From Escherichia coli (GTDB lineage Bacteria > Pseudomonadota > Gammaproteobacteria > Enterobacterales > Enterobacteriaceae): a stretch of 64,000 nucleotides of DNA. The position numbers were made by a program, and so were the translations under genes. Each line of letters begins with the position of its first letter. Positions within the stretch are counted from its first letter, which is position 1. This document shows, one piece after another, positions 1 through 11,186 of the stretch. The notes under the pieces were generated by a model. It was given only the letters and a program-made list of their open reading frames with translations. It made no database searches and was not told where the DNA came from. Location of the stretch: the NCBI RefSeq assembly GCF_016026235.1, contig NZ_CP065613.1. The stretch is one strand, 5' to 3'.

Positions 1-382
1 TGATGAAACTGGCGTGACGCCTGTGATAAACCAGATCGAACTTCATCCGCTGATGCAACAACGCCAGCTACACGCCTGGAACGCGACACACAAAATCCAG
101 ACCGAATCCTGGAGCCCATTAGCGCAAGGAGGGAAAGGCGTTTTCGATCAGAAAGTCATTCGCGATCTGGCAGATAAATACGGCAAAACCCCGGCGCAGA
201 TTGTTATCCGCTGGCATCTGGATAGCGGCCTGGTGGTGATCCCGAAATCGGTCACACCTTCACGTATTGCCGAAAACTTTGATGTCTGGGATTTCCGTCT
301 CGACAAAGACGAACTCGGCGAAATTGCAAAACTCGATCAGGGCAAGCGTCTCGGTCCCGATCCTGACCAGTTCGGCGGCTAA
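1..382 (+). CDS. dkgA: 2,5-diketo-D-gluconate reductase A (aldo-keto reductase), 3' part; gene starts upstream of window
   Basis: ORF 14..382 translation ends ...IRWHLDSGLVVIPKSVTPSRIAENFDVWDFRLDKDELGEIAKLDQGKRLGPDPDQFGG, typical AKR C-terminus; position before yqhG matches K-12 order. Confidence 0.85.
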   Translation, partial: DETGVTPVINQIELHPLMQQRQLHAWNATHKIQTESWSPLAQGGKGVFDQKVIRDLADKYGKTPAQIVIRWHLDSGLVVIPKSVTPSRIAENFDVWDFRLDKDELGEIAKLDQGKRLGPDPDQFGG

Positions 383-395
383 CATGCAAATTCTC

Positions 396-430
396 CCGGT
401 GGCGGTAATGTTCCGCTACCGGACTTTTCA
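396..430 (+). terminator. hairpin plus T-run after dkgA
   Basis: ccggtggcgg/ccgctaccgg inverted repeat followed by acttttc. Confidence 0.45.
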
Positions 431-581
431 GAAATCATTTATTCCCCTCGCGTCCCGCCCGTTGTTACTCTTCCTTGTTCAGGAATGCCAAATATAAGGA
501 CATCATCATGCAGAGCCGGAAGCTCTTAAAAGAACAACTCATCTATATCCGGGATAAACGCAACGGAGAGGTGAAAAACAG

Positions 582-1508
582 ATGAAAATAATACTTCTGT
601 TTTTAGCAGCCCTGGCAAGTTTTACCGTACACGCGCAGCCTCCTTCACAGACCGTAGAACAAACAGTCCGGCAGATTTATCAGAACTATAAATCAGATGC
701 CAGTACGCCTTATTTCGGTGAAACCGGAGAGCGGGCGACAACTTCAGCGCGTATTCAACAGGCGCTTACCCTGAACGACAATCTTACGCTGCCGGGCAAT
801 ATTGGCTGGCTGGATTATGATCCGGTTTGTGATTGTCAGGATTTTGGCGATCTGGTGCTAGAAAGCGTTGCGATAACCCAAACTGACGCCGATCATGCCG
901 ATGCCGTTGTGCGCTTTCGTATCTTTAAAGATGATAAAGAAAAGACCACGCAGACACTGAAAATGGTGGCGGAAAATGGTCGTTGGGTCATTGACGATAT
1001 TGTCAGCAATCATGGCAGCGTCTTACAAGCAGTTAATAGCGAGAATGAAAAAACGCTGGCCGCTTTAGCTTCGTTGCAAAAAGAACAGCCGGAAGCCTTT
1101 GTTGCCGAACTCTTTGAACATATTGCTGATTATAGCTGGCCGTGGACGTGGGTGGTTTCCGACTCTTACCGCCAGGCGGTTAATGCCTTCTATAAAACCA
1201 CCTTCAAGACGGCCAATAATCCCGATGAAGATATGCAAATAGAACGGCAATTTATTTACGACAATCCGATCTGTTTTGGCGAAGAGTCGCTATTTTCACG
1301 CGTTGATGAAATTCGAGTCCTGGAGAAAACCGCCGATTCCGCCCGCATTCATGTTCGTTTTACGCTGACCAATGGCAACAACGAAGAGCAAGAGCTGGTT
1401 TTACAGCGGCGCGAAGGTAAGTGGGAAATCGCTGATTTTATCCGCCCGAACAGCGGCAGCCTACTTAAGCAGATTGAGGCAAAAACCGCCGCCAGATTAA
1501 AGCAATGA
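582..1508 (+). CDS. yqhG: DUF3828-family periplasmic protein YqhG
   Basis: 308-aa ORF with N-terminal signal peptide MKIILLFLAALASFTVHA; synteny. Confidence 0.85.
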   Translation: MKIILLFLAALASFTVHAQPPSQTVEQTVRQIYQNYKSDASTPYFGETGERATTSARIQQALTLNDNLTLPGNIGWLDYDPVCDCQDFGDLVLESVAITQTDADHADAVVRFRIFKDDKEKTTQTLKMVAENGRWVIDDIVSNHGSVLQAVNSENEKTLAALASLQKEQPEAFVAELFEHIADYSWPWTWVVSDSYRQAVNAFYKTTFKTANNPDEDMQIERQFIYDNPICFGEESLFSRVDEIRVLEKTADSARIHVRFTLTNGNNEEQELVLQRREGKWEIADFIRPNSGSLLKQIEAKTAARLKQ

Positions 1509-1556
1509 GCTGAATTAAATAACAATTAGCCGGAACAATAAAAAAGGGAACACTAT

Positions 1557-1814
1557 ATGAAAACGATTTTCACCGTGGGAGCTGTTGTTCTGGCAACCTG
1601 CTTGCTCAGTGGCTGCGTCAATGAGCAAAAGGTCAATCAACTGGCGAGCAATGTACAAACATTAAATGTCAAAATCGCCCGGCTTGAGCAGGATATGAAA
1701 GCACTACGCCCACAAATCTATGCTGCCAAATCCGAAGCTAACAGAGCCAATACGCGTCTTGATGCACAGGACTATTTTGATTGCCTGCGCTGCTTGCGTA
1801 TGTACGCAGAATGA
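1557..1814 (+). CDS. yqhH: Lpp-like lipoprotein YqhH
   Basis: 85-aa ORF, lipobox LLSGC, coiled-coil like Lpp; synteny. Confidence 0.85.
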   Translation: MKTIFTVGAVVLATCLLSGCVNEQKVNQLASNVQTLNVKIARLEQDMKALRPQIYAAKSEANRANTRLDAQDYFDCLRCLRMYAE

Positions 1815-1819
1815 TAAAA

Positions 1820-1858
1820 AAATCCCCGGCAGCATGTCAGTTGCCGGGGATTTTTTTT
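1820..1858. terminator. bidirectional rho-independent terminator between yqhH and ygiQ
   Basis: tccccggca...tgccgggga stem flanked by an A-run and a T-run. Confidence 0.7.
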
Positions 1859-4076
1859 AACGTCCAACCGCCGCTTTAGGGCGTTTCTTCGCACCAGCAT
1901 TCACCGGACGAGATTGCGTAGACGACGCTTTTTTTGCCGTAGCAGGCGTCTGACGCTGGGTCGCCATCGGCGTATGTTTCGTCAACGCCGGACGGGTATT
2001 GCGGTTCTGGCGACGAGCCTCACGCATCTCTTCAATGGTTGGCGCAGGCACTAAGCAATCGCGACGGCTGCCAATCAGATGCTTTTTGCCCATCGCTTCC
2101 AGCGCCTGGCGGATTAACGGCCAGTTTGCCGGATCGTGGTAACGCAACAACGCTTTATGCAAACGACGCTGTTTGTCGCCCTTCGGTACGAAGACGTCTT
2201 CACTCTTATAACCAATCTTCGCCAGCGGGTTTTTCCCGGTGTAATACATGGTGGTCGAGTTAGCCAGTGGCGATGGGTAGAAGTTCTGTACCTGGTCGAG
2301 ACGGAAACGATGCTTTTTCAGCCACAGCGCCAGATTCACCATATCTTCATCACGCGTACCGGGGTGCGCAGAGATGAAATACGGGATCAGATACTGCTCT
2401 TTACCTGCCTGTTTCGAGTAAGTATCGAACAGCTCTTTAAAGCGGTCATAGCTGCCCATGCCCGGCTTCATCATCTTCGATAACGGCCCTTCTTCGGTAT
2501 GTTCCGGGGCAATCTTCAGATAACCGCCGACGTGATGGGTCGCCAGTTCTTTGATATAGCGCGGATCTTCCACGGCGATGTCATAACGCACACCAGAGGC
2601 AATCAGGATCTTTTTAATGCCTTTCAGATCACGCGCACGGCGATAGAGGTTGATCGTTGGTTCGTGGTTCGTGTCCATGTGCGGACAAATATCCGGATAA
2701 ACGCACGACAAACGACGGCAGGTTTGTTCAGCGCGTGGCGATTTGCAGCGCAACATATACATGTTGGCAGTTGGCCCACCGAGATCGGAAATTACGCCCG
2801 TAAAACCTGGAACGGTGTCGCGGATCGCTTCGATCTCATTAATGATCGAATCTTCGGAACGGCTCTGAATAATGCGCCCTTCGTGCTCGGTGATAGAACA
2901 GAAAGAGCAGCCGCCAAAGCAGCCGCGCATAATGTTGACCGAAAAACGGATCATTTCGTAAGCCGGAATACGGGCATTGCCATAGGCCGGATGTGGCACG
3001 CGCTTGTATGGCAGCGCAAAAACGCTGTCCATCTCTTCGGTAGAAAGCGGAATAGCAGGCGGGTTGATCCACACATAGCGGTCGCCGTGTTTTTGCATCA
3101 ATGCGCGGGCACAGCCTGGGTTAGTTTCGTGGTGCAGAATACGCGAAGCATGGGCGTACAGCACTTTATCGCCCTTCACTTTCTCGAAAGAAGGCAGCAA
3201 CACGTAGGTTTTTTCCCACGGTTTCGGGCGCGGTGGCTGCACGGTTACGGCTTTGGCTTCCTGCTTTTTCGGTGCCACCGGTTTGTTATCCGCGCACGGC
3301 AAATCTTCACCATACGGATGCGGGATTGGGTCGATTTTTCCAGGGGTATCAAGACGGGTGGAATCCACGCCGCTCCAGCCTGGCAACGCCTCTTTTACGA
3401 TAATCGCAGTATTACGCACATCGCGGATTTCGCTAATTGGCTCGCCCATCGCCAGACGATGCGCCACCTCCACCAGCGGACGCTCACCGTTACCGAACAT
3501 CAGCATGTCGGCTTTCGAATCCACCAGCACGGAACGGCGCACGGTATCGGACCAGTAATCATAATGCGCGGTACGGCGCAGACTAGCCTCAATACCACCG
3601 AGGATCACCGGTACATCTTTCCACGCCTCTTTACAACGCTGGGTATAAACCAGTGTGGCGCGATCCGGGCGCTTACCCGCGACGTTATCCGGCGTGTAGG
3701 CATCGTCATGACGTAAACGGCGATCGGCGGTATAACGGTTGATCATCGAATCCATGTTGCCAGCAGTAACACCGAAAAACAGATTCGGTTTACCCAGACG
3801 CATGAAATCGTCTTTGCTGCTCCAGTCTGGCTGAGCGATGATCCCAACGCGAAAGCCCTGCGCTTCCAGCATACGACCGCAAATCGCCATCCCGAAGCTT
3901 GGGTGATCGACATACGCGTCGCCAGTAACCAAAATGATGTCGCAGCTATCCCAGCCAAGTTGATCCATCTCTTCACGAGACATCGGCAAAAACGGTGCCG
4001 GTCCAAAACAGGCGGCCCAGTACTGCGGCCATGAGAACAGGTCGCGATCCGGTTGGATCAGGGAGATAGAGCTCAT
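1857..4076 (-). CDS. ygiQ: radical SAM family protein YgiQ (UPF0313)
   Basis: 739-aa ORF with CFGGCSFCS radical-SAM cysteine motif. Confidence 0.9.
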   Translation of the reverse strand: MSSISLIQPDRDLFSWPQYWAACFGPAPFLPMSREEMDQLGWDSCDIILVTGDAYVDHPSFGMAICGRMLEAQGFRVGIIAQPDWSSKDDFMRLGKPNLFFGVTAGNMDSMINRYTADRRLRHDDAYTPDNVAGKRPDRATLVYTQRCKEAWKDVPVILGGIEASLRRTAHYDYWSDTVRRSVLVDSKADMLMFGNGERPLVEVAHRLAMGEPISEIRDVRNTAIIVKEALPGWSGVDSTRLDTPGKIDPIPHPYGEDLPCADNKPVAPKKQEAKAVTVQPPRPKPWEKTYVLLPSFEKVKGDKVLYAHASRILHHETNPGCARALMQKHGDRYVWINPPAIPLSTEEMDSVFALPYKRVPHPAYGNARIPAYEMIRFSVNIMRGCFGGCSFCSITEHEGRIIQSRSEDSIINEIEAIRDTVPGFTGVISDLGGPTANMYMLRCKSPRAEQTCRRLSCVYPDICPHMDTNHEPTINLYRRARDLKGIKKILIASGVRYDIAVEDPRYIKELATHHVGGYLKIAPEHTEEGPLSKMMKPGMGSYDRFKELFDTYSKQAGKEQYLIPYFISAHPGTRDEDMVNLALWLKKHRFRLDQVQNFYPSPLANSTTMYYTGKNPLAKIGYKSEDVFVPKGDKQRRLHKALLRYHDPANWPLIRQALEAMGKKHLIGSRRDCLVPAPTIEEMREARRQNRNTRPALTKHTPMATQRQTPATAKKASSTQSRPVNAGAKKRPKAAVGR

Positions 4077-4186
4077 TTTGCTTCCAGAAATGATAAAAAA
4101 ATAATCAAAGGCCGGGGATTATAAGCCGGAACGAAAGAGAAATCGAAAAGTATTCCATACTCGCCCTCCTCGGGCGAGTATGAAGA

Positions 4187-5599
4187 TTACGGTACCGGAT
4201 TGACTAACAGTTGCCCAATCGAGCCACGGTCCGCCATTTCCAGCGTCTGACTGTTGAAGTAGAACGGGAAGTGCGCCCAGGAAGGCTGACCGAAATAAAC
4301 AAGCAGCTCCACTTGTCCGTCAACCCAAACGGTATCTTTCCAGCCTCTGTCTTCCGGGAACGGCATCGCACCATTCACGTTACGGATCTGGAACATCACG
4401 CCTTCAATATGGAACGCTTGCGGCTCGTCCGCGCGTACCGTCCAGCGTTCCCACGTTCCTTGCTGCGCGGTGACATCAATACGGTTGACGTCCCACAGTT
4501 GTCCATTAATACCCGGGTCATCACCCAGACTGATATCGCGACTGCGAATCGGCGAACCGGCCATGATTTCAGTTGGCAGCAAGCGCATCGGAAGACTGTC
4601 TGTGACCAGCGGCAGAAGGCCGGTTGGGCGCAGCGTTAGCACCAGGGTAGAAACCAGAATGCTGGATGGCTCAAAGAAGCCACGAATACGATCAACAATG
4701 CTCGCCGCTTCGCCACAGGTGATCGACACTTCATCACCGTTGCTCATATCCACCAGAATCTCGCGGCGCTCGCCCGGTGCCAGCGAAAGTTGCTTCACCG
4801 ATACAGGAGCAGGCAGGAATCCCTGATCGCCAGAAATCACATGTAACGGGCGACCATCGCTCATCTGTAGTTGATAGCGACGAGAGTTCGACGCGTTCAG
4901 CAGTCGCAAGCGCACCCAGCCACGCGAGACTTCAACGTACGGGCTTTGTACACCGTTAACCAGCAGCGTATCACCAACAAAGCCGCCGCTTCCCGGTTCG
5001 TTGTATTCTGGCGTACCAAAGTTATCCAGCCGTTTATCCTGGATAATGACCGGAAAATCATCCACACCATAATGGTTGGGGATAGGCAGCGACTTGCTGA
5101 CTTCATCTTCCACCAGCCACATTCCGGCAAGGCCGTTATAGACCTGCTGAGCCGTGCGGTTGGGAGTATTGGCGTGATACCACAGAGTAGCTGCGTTCTG
5201 GCGAATGGGCAGTACGGGTGCCCAGTCAGCGTTTGGCGACATCATCCGTGCCGGACCGCCCATCAGCGGGCCTGGTACCTGTAGCCCGGCCACCGTCATT
5301 GAGACATTTTCTGTCAGGCGGTTGCTGTAAATAAGCTTAACATCGTCGCCCTTCCAGACGCGGATAGTCGGCCCCAGGTAACGACCATTGATTCCCCAGA
5401 CCGACGCGCGTGTCCCTGGCGTAAATGACCAGTGCGCACGTTGTACAGTCATAAACAGCGGTTGCCCACGGCGAGATTCAAGTAGCGGCGGAACGGGTAG
5501 CGGTTGCTGTTGCCCGGCTGCGCTGGCCTTCAGGGGAACAGCGCCTGCACAAAGTGCAATCCCCGATGCCTGAATGAACTGACGCCGACTGAGTGACAT
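4187..5599 (-). CDS. ftsP: cell division protein FtsP (SufI), multicopper-oxidase-like, Tat-exported
   Basis: 470-aa ORF; twin-arginine signal MSLSRRQFIQASGIALCAGAVPLKASA. Confidence 0.92.
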   Translation of the reverse strand: MSLSRRQFIQASGIALCAGAVPLKASAAGQQQPLPVPPLLESRRGQPLFMTVQRAHWSFTPGTRASVWGINGRYLGPTIRVWKGDDVKLIYSNRLTENVSMTVAGLQVPGPLMGGPARMMSPNADWAPVLPIRQNAATLWYHANTPNRTAQQVYNGLAGMWLVEDEVSKSLPIPNHYGVDDFPVIIQDKRLDNFGTPEYNEPGSGGFVGDTLLVNGVQSPYVEVSRGWVRLRLLNASNSRRYQLQMSDGRPLHVISGDQGFLPAPVSVKQLSLAPGERREILVDMSNGDEVSITCGEAASIVDRIRGFFEPSSILVSTLVLTLRPTGLLPLVTDSLPMRLLPTEIMAGSPIRSRDISLGDDPGINGQLWDVNRIDVTAQQGTWERWTVRADEPQAFHIEGVMFQIRNVNGAMPFPEDRGWKDTVWVDGQVELLVYFGQPSWAHFPFYFNSQTLEMADRGSIGQLLVNPVP

Positions 5600-5673
5600 A
5601 TTTGCTCCATGTAAAACTGGCTAAAGTAATACCGTGCAGGAAAGTATTCCCCGCAAAAATACAGATTGCCGAC

Positions 5674-6411
5674 TTAAACTTTTCCGGCGGCTTCGCGTTC
5701 TGCGACTTCTTTATCGAGCTCGGCGATTTTTTGTTCCATTATCGAACGACAATGGGCAGCCAGCTCACGAACCTGATCTTTGCCATACTGACTGACGTCA
5801 ATTGGCGGCAGCATTTCGACAATCACCAGACCGTTGTGCAGTCGATTAAGATTAATCTTATTCGAAGTTGTAGAGACGCACACGGGAATAATCGGGACGC
5901 CCGCCGCAATTGCCGCGTGAAATGCTCCAGTCTTGAACGGTAGCAGGCCGCGACCACGGCTGCGGGTTCCTTCCGGGAACATCCAGATGGAAATACGGCG
6001 TTTTTTGAAATGATTCACGACTTCCGCAATGGTGCCGTGAGCTTTAGTGCGATTGTTTCTGTCGATCAATAAGTTGCCGGTTAACCAGTACAACTGCCCG
6101 AAGAAGGGGATCCACAGCAAGCTCTTTTTACCTACCGTCACCGTCGGCGGTTGCACAATGTTCGATGCTGTCACCATGTCATAGTTGTTCTGGTGGTTAG
6201 CGATATAGATAGCATTGCCGTAGCTTTCAGCATCTGCAGATTTGCGGCACTCAACTTTCAGGCCGAACAGCGGCGCAAGACGGCCAAACATATGCCCAAA
6301 GGTGGCCACATGTTTCGGGTTACGCGGGCTGAAAAGGCAGTAAATGGAGCCGAATACACAGACTAAGATGCTGTAAATCACGGTAATAATAAGACGAAAG
6401 ATATATAGCAT
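5674..6411 (-). CDS. plsC: 1-acyl-sn-glycerol-3-phosphate acyltransferase
   Basis: 245-aa ORF with HX4D acyltransferase motif (NHQNNYD). Confidence 0.92.
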   Translation of the reverse strand: MLYIFRLIITVIYSILVCVFGSIYCLFSPRNPKHVATFGHMFGRLAPLFGLKVECRKSADAESYGNAIYIANHQNNYDMVTASNIVQPPTVTVGKKSLLWIPFFGQLYWLTGNLLIDRNNRTKAHGTIAEVVNHFKKRRISIWMFPEGTRSRGRGLLPFKTGAFHAAIAAGVPIIPVCVSTTSNKINLNRLHNGLVIVEMLPPIDVSQYGKDQVRELAAHCRSIMEQKIAELDKEVAEREAAGKV

Positions 6412-6643
6412 AGCACCCTCTGAAGGTCTGAGAGACTGGCATTGTACGTCACCTGAAATCAGGTTAGGGCATTGTTAAAAGCCGCTCTCTGGAAAAGCGT
6501 ATTGTTAATCGCAACGCATGAATAAACAACGGTTTCAAGGGAATTTTTATCGTTTCCGGGGGTTGAATACGCTGCCGGATGACGACTTAACGTTTCATCC
6601 GGCGTTCCTTGCAAGCGGGAGGAAACAGGCCCTCCCCGGCATA

Positions 6644-8902
6644 TTACTCTTCGCTATCACCGCTGCTGGCACGGCGAGGAGAGTCGATCTCAACACGATC
6701 GATACGCTGCAAACCGCGCATCAACGTACCGCGGCGTCCACGTTCGCCAGTGACTTTCTGTAACTCTTCCGGGCGCAGTTTAATTTTGCGTTTCCCAACA
6801 TGAATGGTCAGCGTGCTTTGCGGCGGCAGAACGTACAATTGCGCCAGACCATCTTCTCCACGCGCGGCTTCTGCCGATGGAATGTTGATAATCTTGTTGC
6901 CTTTGCCCTTCGACAGCTGCGGCAGATCACTTACCGGGAACATCAACATACGGCCTGCCTGAGTGATTGCCAGCAGCATATCGGAAGCATCTTCAATCAC
7001 CACCGGCGGCATAACATGGGCATTTTCCGGTAAGGTGATCAAAGCCTTACCTGCACGGTTACGCGCCACCAGATCGTTAAAGGTGCAGACGAAACCGTAA
7101 CCCGCATCGGAAGCCATCAGCAGTTTCTGATCGTCGCTTTCCATCAGCATATGGTCAACGGTCGCCCCAGGCGGCAACGTTAATTTGCCGGTGAGTGGTT
7201 CGCCCTGACCACGCGCCGACGGCAGCGTAATCGGGTCGATGGCATAGCTACGACCGGTGGAATCAACAAACACTACCGGTTGGTTGCTCTTACCTTTCAC
7301 CGCCGCTTTGAAGCTATCACCCGCTTTATAATTCAGGCCCGGCGCGTCGATATCATGGCCTTTAGCGCTGCGTACCCAGCCCATCTGCGACAGCACAATG
7401 GTGACAGGTTCAGACGGCAGCATGTCGTGCTCGCTCATCGCTTTCGCTTCTTCGCGTTCCTGCAACGGCGAACGACGATCGTCACCGTAGGCTTGCGCGT
7501 CTGCCTGCAGTTCTTTCTTCAGCAGGTTATTCATTTTACGCTCGGAAGCCAAAATGCCCTGCAACTGGTCGCGCTCTTTTTCCAGCTCACTCTGCTCACC
7601 GCGAATCTTCATCTCTTCCAGTTTGGCAAGATGACGCAGTTTCAGTTCGAGGATCGCTTCCGCCTGGGTTTCCGTAAGGCCAAACCGCGACATCAGCGCC
7701 GGTTTCGGTTCATCTTCGTTACGAATGATCTCAATCACTTCGTCGATGTTGAGAAACGCCACCAGCAAACCTTCCAGGATATGCAGGCGCTTGAGGACTT
7801 TCTCCAGACGATAGTTCAGTCGGCGGCGCACGGTATCGCGACGGAACACCAGCCATTCGGAGAGGATTTCCAGCAGGTTTTTCACCGCCGGACGACCATC
7901 CAGACCGATCATATTGAGGTTAATGCGATAGCTCTTTTCCAGATCGGTGGTAGCGAAGAGGTGGTTCATCACCTGATCCATATCCACGCGGTTGGAACGC
8001 GGCACAATCACCAGACGGGTCGGGTTCTCGTGGTCAGATTCATCGCGCAGATCGTCAACCATCGGCAGCTTTTTGTTGCGCATTTGCGCAGCAATTTGCT
8101 CCAGTACGCGCGCACCTGAAACCTGATGCGGTAATGCGCTAATAACCACCGCGCCATCTTCTTTCTTCCACACCGCGCGCATACGCACTGAACCACGTCC
8201 GTTCTCGTAGATTTTACGAATCTCGGCGCGCGAAGTGATAATTTCCGCTTCAGTCGGATAATCCGGCCCCTGCACGATATCCAGCAGCTGATCGAGCGTG
8301 GTTTTCGGCTGGTCGATTAATGCGATTGCCGCCTGAGCTACTTCACGCAGGTTATGCGGTGGAATATCGGTCGCCATGCCGACGGCAATACCGGTGGTGC
8401 CGTTAAGCAAAATGTTTGGCAGACGGGCAGGCAGCATTTTCGGCTCCTGCAAAGTGCCGTCGAAGTTTGGCACCCAGTCAGCCGTCCCCTGCCCCAGCTC
8501 GCTCAATAGCAGCTCGGAATATTTCGACAACCGGGATTCGGTGTAACGCATTGCCGCGAACGATTTCGGATCGTCCGGCGCGCCCCAGTTCCCCTGACCA
8601 TCAACCAGCGGATAACGGTAAGAGAACGGCTGCGCCATCAGGACCATCGCTTCATAACAGGCGCTATCGCCGTGCGGATGGTATTTACCCAGTACGTCAC
8701 CGACGGTACGGGCCGATTTTTTAAATTTGGCGCTGGCATTCAGGCCCAGTTCAGACATCGCATACACAATGCGGCGCTGAACAGGTTTCAGACCATCACC
8801 AATAAACGGCAACGCACGGTCCATGATCACGTACATGGAGTAGTTTAAGTAGGCGTTTTCCGTAAATTCATGTAGCGCAAGGCGCTCTGCCATATCGCTC
8901 AT
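6644..8902 (-). CDS. parC: DNA topoisomerase IV subunit A
   Basis: 752-aa ORF, GyrA-like N-terminal domain (…AMRYTE…); synteny. Confidence 0.95.
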
Positions 8903-9447
8903 TAATTCTGATTCCTCAACTTATTCGCCAGCCTTCAAAGGGGCAATATTGCCGGAGATACTACATTATCTGCCGCGTCGAGTCACAGGAGATCAGCGTG
9001 AATAGCGCCGCCGGACGTGCTCCGACGGCGATAAAGGCATCAATGTGCCTTGATATACAACTCTTTGCTGTAGACTTGATCGGCATAGAGGGCAGCACAA
9101 GGTTGCGCCCATGCCACACCACTCGGCATGGGGGTCCGCTCCGGGCGATTCGAGAAGTTGAGGTTATGCGAGTCCAGGGAAGCCTAAAGCATCAAAGTAG
9201 TCGACTGTAAGTATACGGTTCAGCCCAGTTTAGCTGTGTCTCCACCAGTGCCCCGCGCCTCCTGCCATAAGTGCGGCTTGCTCATGGATACCCCCGAGAC
9301 GGCTTACGGCGCACCGGATAATAAATTTCGCGTATACATGGTATTCCTTACCGGAGAAATTATAAGCCCAACAACAATACGCCTGTGGCATTGTTCGCTC
9401 AAACTTATCGCGAGTGATTTGGCTCACACTCCGGTAAAGATTCCCCA

Positions 9448-9930
9448 TCACGCTAACGGCACATAAACATCCGTTTCCAGTCGCTGCTCTGTCACCCCTT
9501 CGGCAAGATTGGTGTAGTGAAACAGAATCGGTGCTTTACGCATTTTCTCGCCGCTTGCAGGCAGCCAGTGGCGAATAATGCCCCATATCGTGTGTGAAAT
9601 ATCGTCCAGCTCGCCAACGTGGCGGGCCACGGCATAACGTCCACCGGTAAGTTCACCATTGCTCACACCATAACGATTATCGGGAATCGGTTCGCTAACG
9701 CTGCCGCAGATATCAAAGCGAAACGCTTCCGGTGCGGTGGTGGCAGGGTCGTCCCAGGCGACGCCAAAAGTCTGGCTTTGGTTAACAGGAGAAAGCCCCG
9801 TCTCTTTACGCCACATGATAAATTTCGCCACACTGTAGTTGAGCAACTCAGGGCTACAGCGGTGCGGCAACATCGCCACAGGGATTGATGGGAAATCGAT
9901 AATGTTTACATCCAGTGTCAGGTTTGTCAT
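9448..9930 (-). CDS. ygiV: GyrI-like/AraC-effector-domain transcriptional regulator YgiV
   Basis: 160-aa ORF; synteny next to ygiW. Confidence 0.85.
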   Translation of the reverse strand: MTNLTLDVNIIDFPSIPVAMLPHRCSPELLNYSVAKFIMWRKETGLSPVNQSQTFGVAWDDPATTAPEAFRFDICGSVSEPIPDNRYGVSNGELTGGRYAVARHVGELDDISHTIWGIIRHWLPASGEKMRKAPILFHYTNLAEGVTEQRLETDVYVPLA

Positions 9931-9982
9931 TTTGCCTCCCTGCGAAATTATTCCCGGGAACGCGTCCCGGGAGCGGTAACAA

Positions 9983-10375
9983 TTACGGATTTACTTTGCG
10001 GATCTGTTTGACGTCAATTTCAACAGAATTCCAGTCTTTATCGACTTCACCCTGAATCTCAACCGTATCTTTCGGCGTCACCGTCACACCGTTCCAGCGT
10101 TTGTGGTCGATATCAACATTGATAGTACCGCTGGCATCTTTAAACACGTAGAGATCGTCAGAGATGCGTTCAACGATATTGCCGCGCAGGGTTACCCAGG
10201 TGTCGTCACGCAGGGATTTTGCGCTTTCTACGGTCGTTACGCTGCCGTTCGGCCCCTGGAATCCTCCGGCCTGACTTTGCGTTGCCGATGGGCCAGAAAA
10301 ACCGCCCTGCTCTGCTGCCATCACCGGTGCGCTGCACAGGGCCATTACTGCGATTACTGCTGCGAATTTTTTCAT
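9983..10375 (-). CDS. ygiW: BOF (YgiW/YdeI) family periplasmic stress protein
   Basis: ORF 9983..10432; likely true start at internal ATG (MKKFAAVIAVMALCSAPVMA signal peptide) giving 130 aa. Confidence 0.88.
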   Translation of the reverse strand: MKKFAAVIAVMALCSAPVMAAEQGGFSGPSATQSQAGGFQGPNGSVTTVESAKSLRDDTWVTLRGNIVERISDDLYVFKDASGTINVDIDHKRWNGVTVTPKDTVEIQGEVDKDWNSVEIDVKQIRKVNP

Positions 10376-10526
10376 GTTTATTACTCCCTTTAATGTCTGT
10401 TTCCGAGCATTTAACAAGATAGTCCTTAACAACTTCTTAAGGGAAAAAAATAAAATTTAGTGCTGTACAGAGCGCGTTACAACACGGTTTACTGGCAGCA
10501 AATACGGTTATCGCAGGGATGAAAAA

Positions 10527-11186
10527 ATGCGAATTTTACTGATAGAAGATGACATGCTGATTGGCGACGGCATCAAAACGGGCCTTAGTAAAATGGGTTT
10601 TAGCGTCGACTGGTTTACACAAGGTCGTCAGGGAAAAGAGGCGCTTTATAGCGCGCCTTATGATGCGGTGATTCTGGATTTAACCTTACCAGGCATGGAT
10701 GGTCGCGATATTTTGCGCGAATGGCGAGAAAAAGGTCAGCGTGAGCCGGTACTGATCCTGACCGCGCGCGATGCGCTGGAGGAACGTGTAGAAGGGCTGC
10801 GTCTGGGAGCTGACGATTATCTGTGTAAACCTTTTGCGTTGATAGAAGTCGCCGCCAGGCTGGAAGCTCTGATGCGCCGAACCAACGGCCAGGCCAGCAA
10901 CGAGCTGCGCCACGGTAACGTCATGCTCGACCCCGGCAAACGTATCGCCACGCTGGCTGGCGAACCCTTAACACTGAAACCAAAAGAATTTGCCCTGCTG
11001 GAATTACTGATGCGTAACGCTGGTCGGGTACTGCCGCGCAAACTGATTGAAGAGAAACTGTATACCTGGGACGAAGAGGTCACCAGTAATGCCGTTGAAG
11101 TGCATGTGCATCATCTGCGACGCAAACTCGGTAGTGATTTTATTCGTACCGTGCATGGTATTGGCTACACATTAGGTGAGAAATGA
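10527..11186 (+). CDS. qseB: quorum-sensing two-component response regulator QseB (OmpR family)
   Basis: 219-aa ORF, receiver domain plus winged helix; 4-bp overlap with qseC. Confidence 0.93.
   Translation: MRILLIEDDMLIGDGIKTGLSKMGFSVDWFTQGRQGKEALYSAPYDAVILDLTLPGMDGRDILREWREKGQREPVLILTARDALEERVEGLRLGADDYLCKPFALIEVAARLEALMRRTNGQASNELRHGNVMLDPGKRIATLAGEPLTLKPKEFALLELLMRNAGRVLPRKLIEEKLYTWDEEVTSNAVEVHVHHLRRKLGSDFIRTVHGIGYTLGEK

Noticed and set aside
2499-3716. 405-aa ORF on the plus strand inside ygiQ
   Set aside because: Fully antisense to a well-supported gene; Arg/His-rich low-complexity translation typical of spurious antisense frames in GC-biased coding DNA
7280-8119. 279-aa plus-strand ORF inside parC
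   Set aside because: Antisense to parC; translation has no recognisable domain features
8998-9466. Short ORFs (70-76 aa) in the parC-ygiV gap
   Set aside because: Mutually overlapping on both strands, no ribosome-binding sites or recognisable motifs; more likely non-coding promoter or remnant sequence
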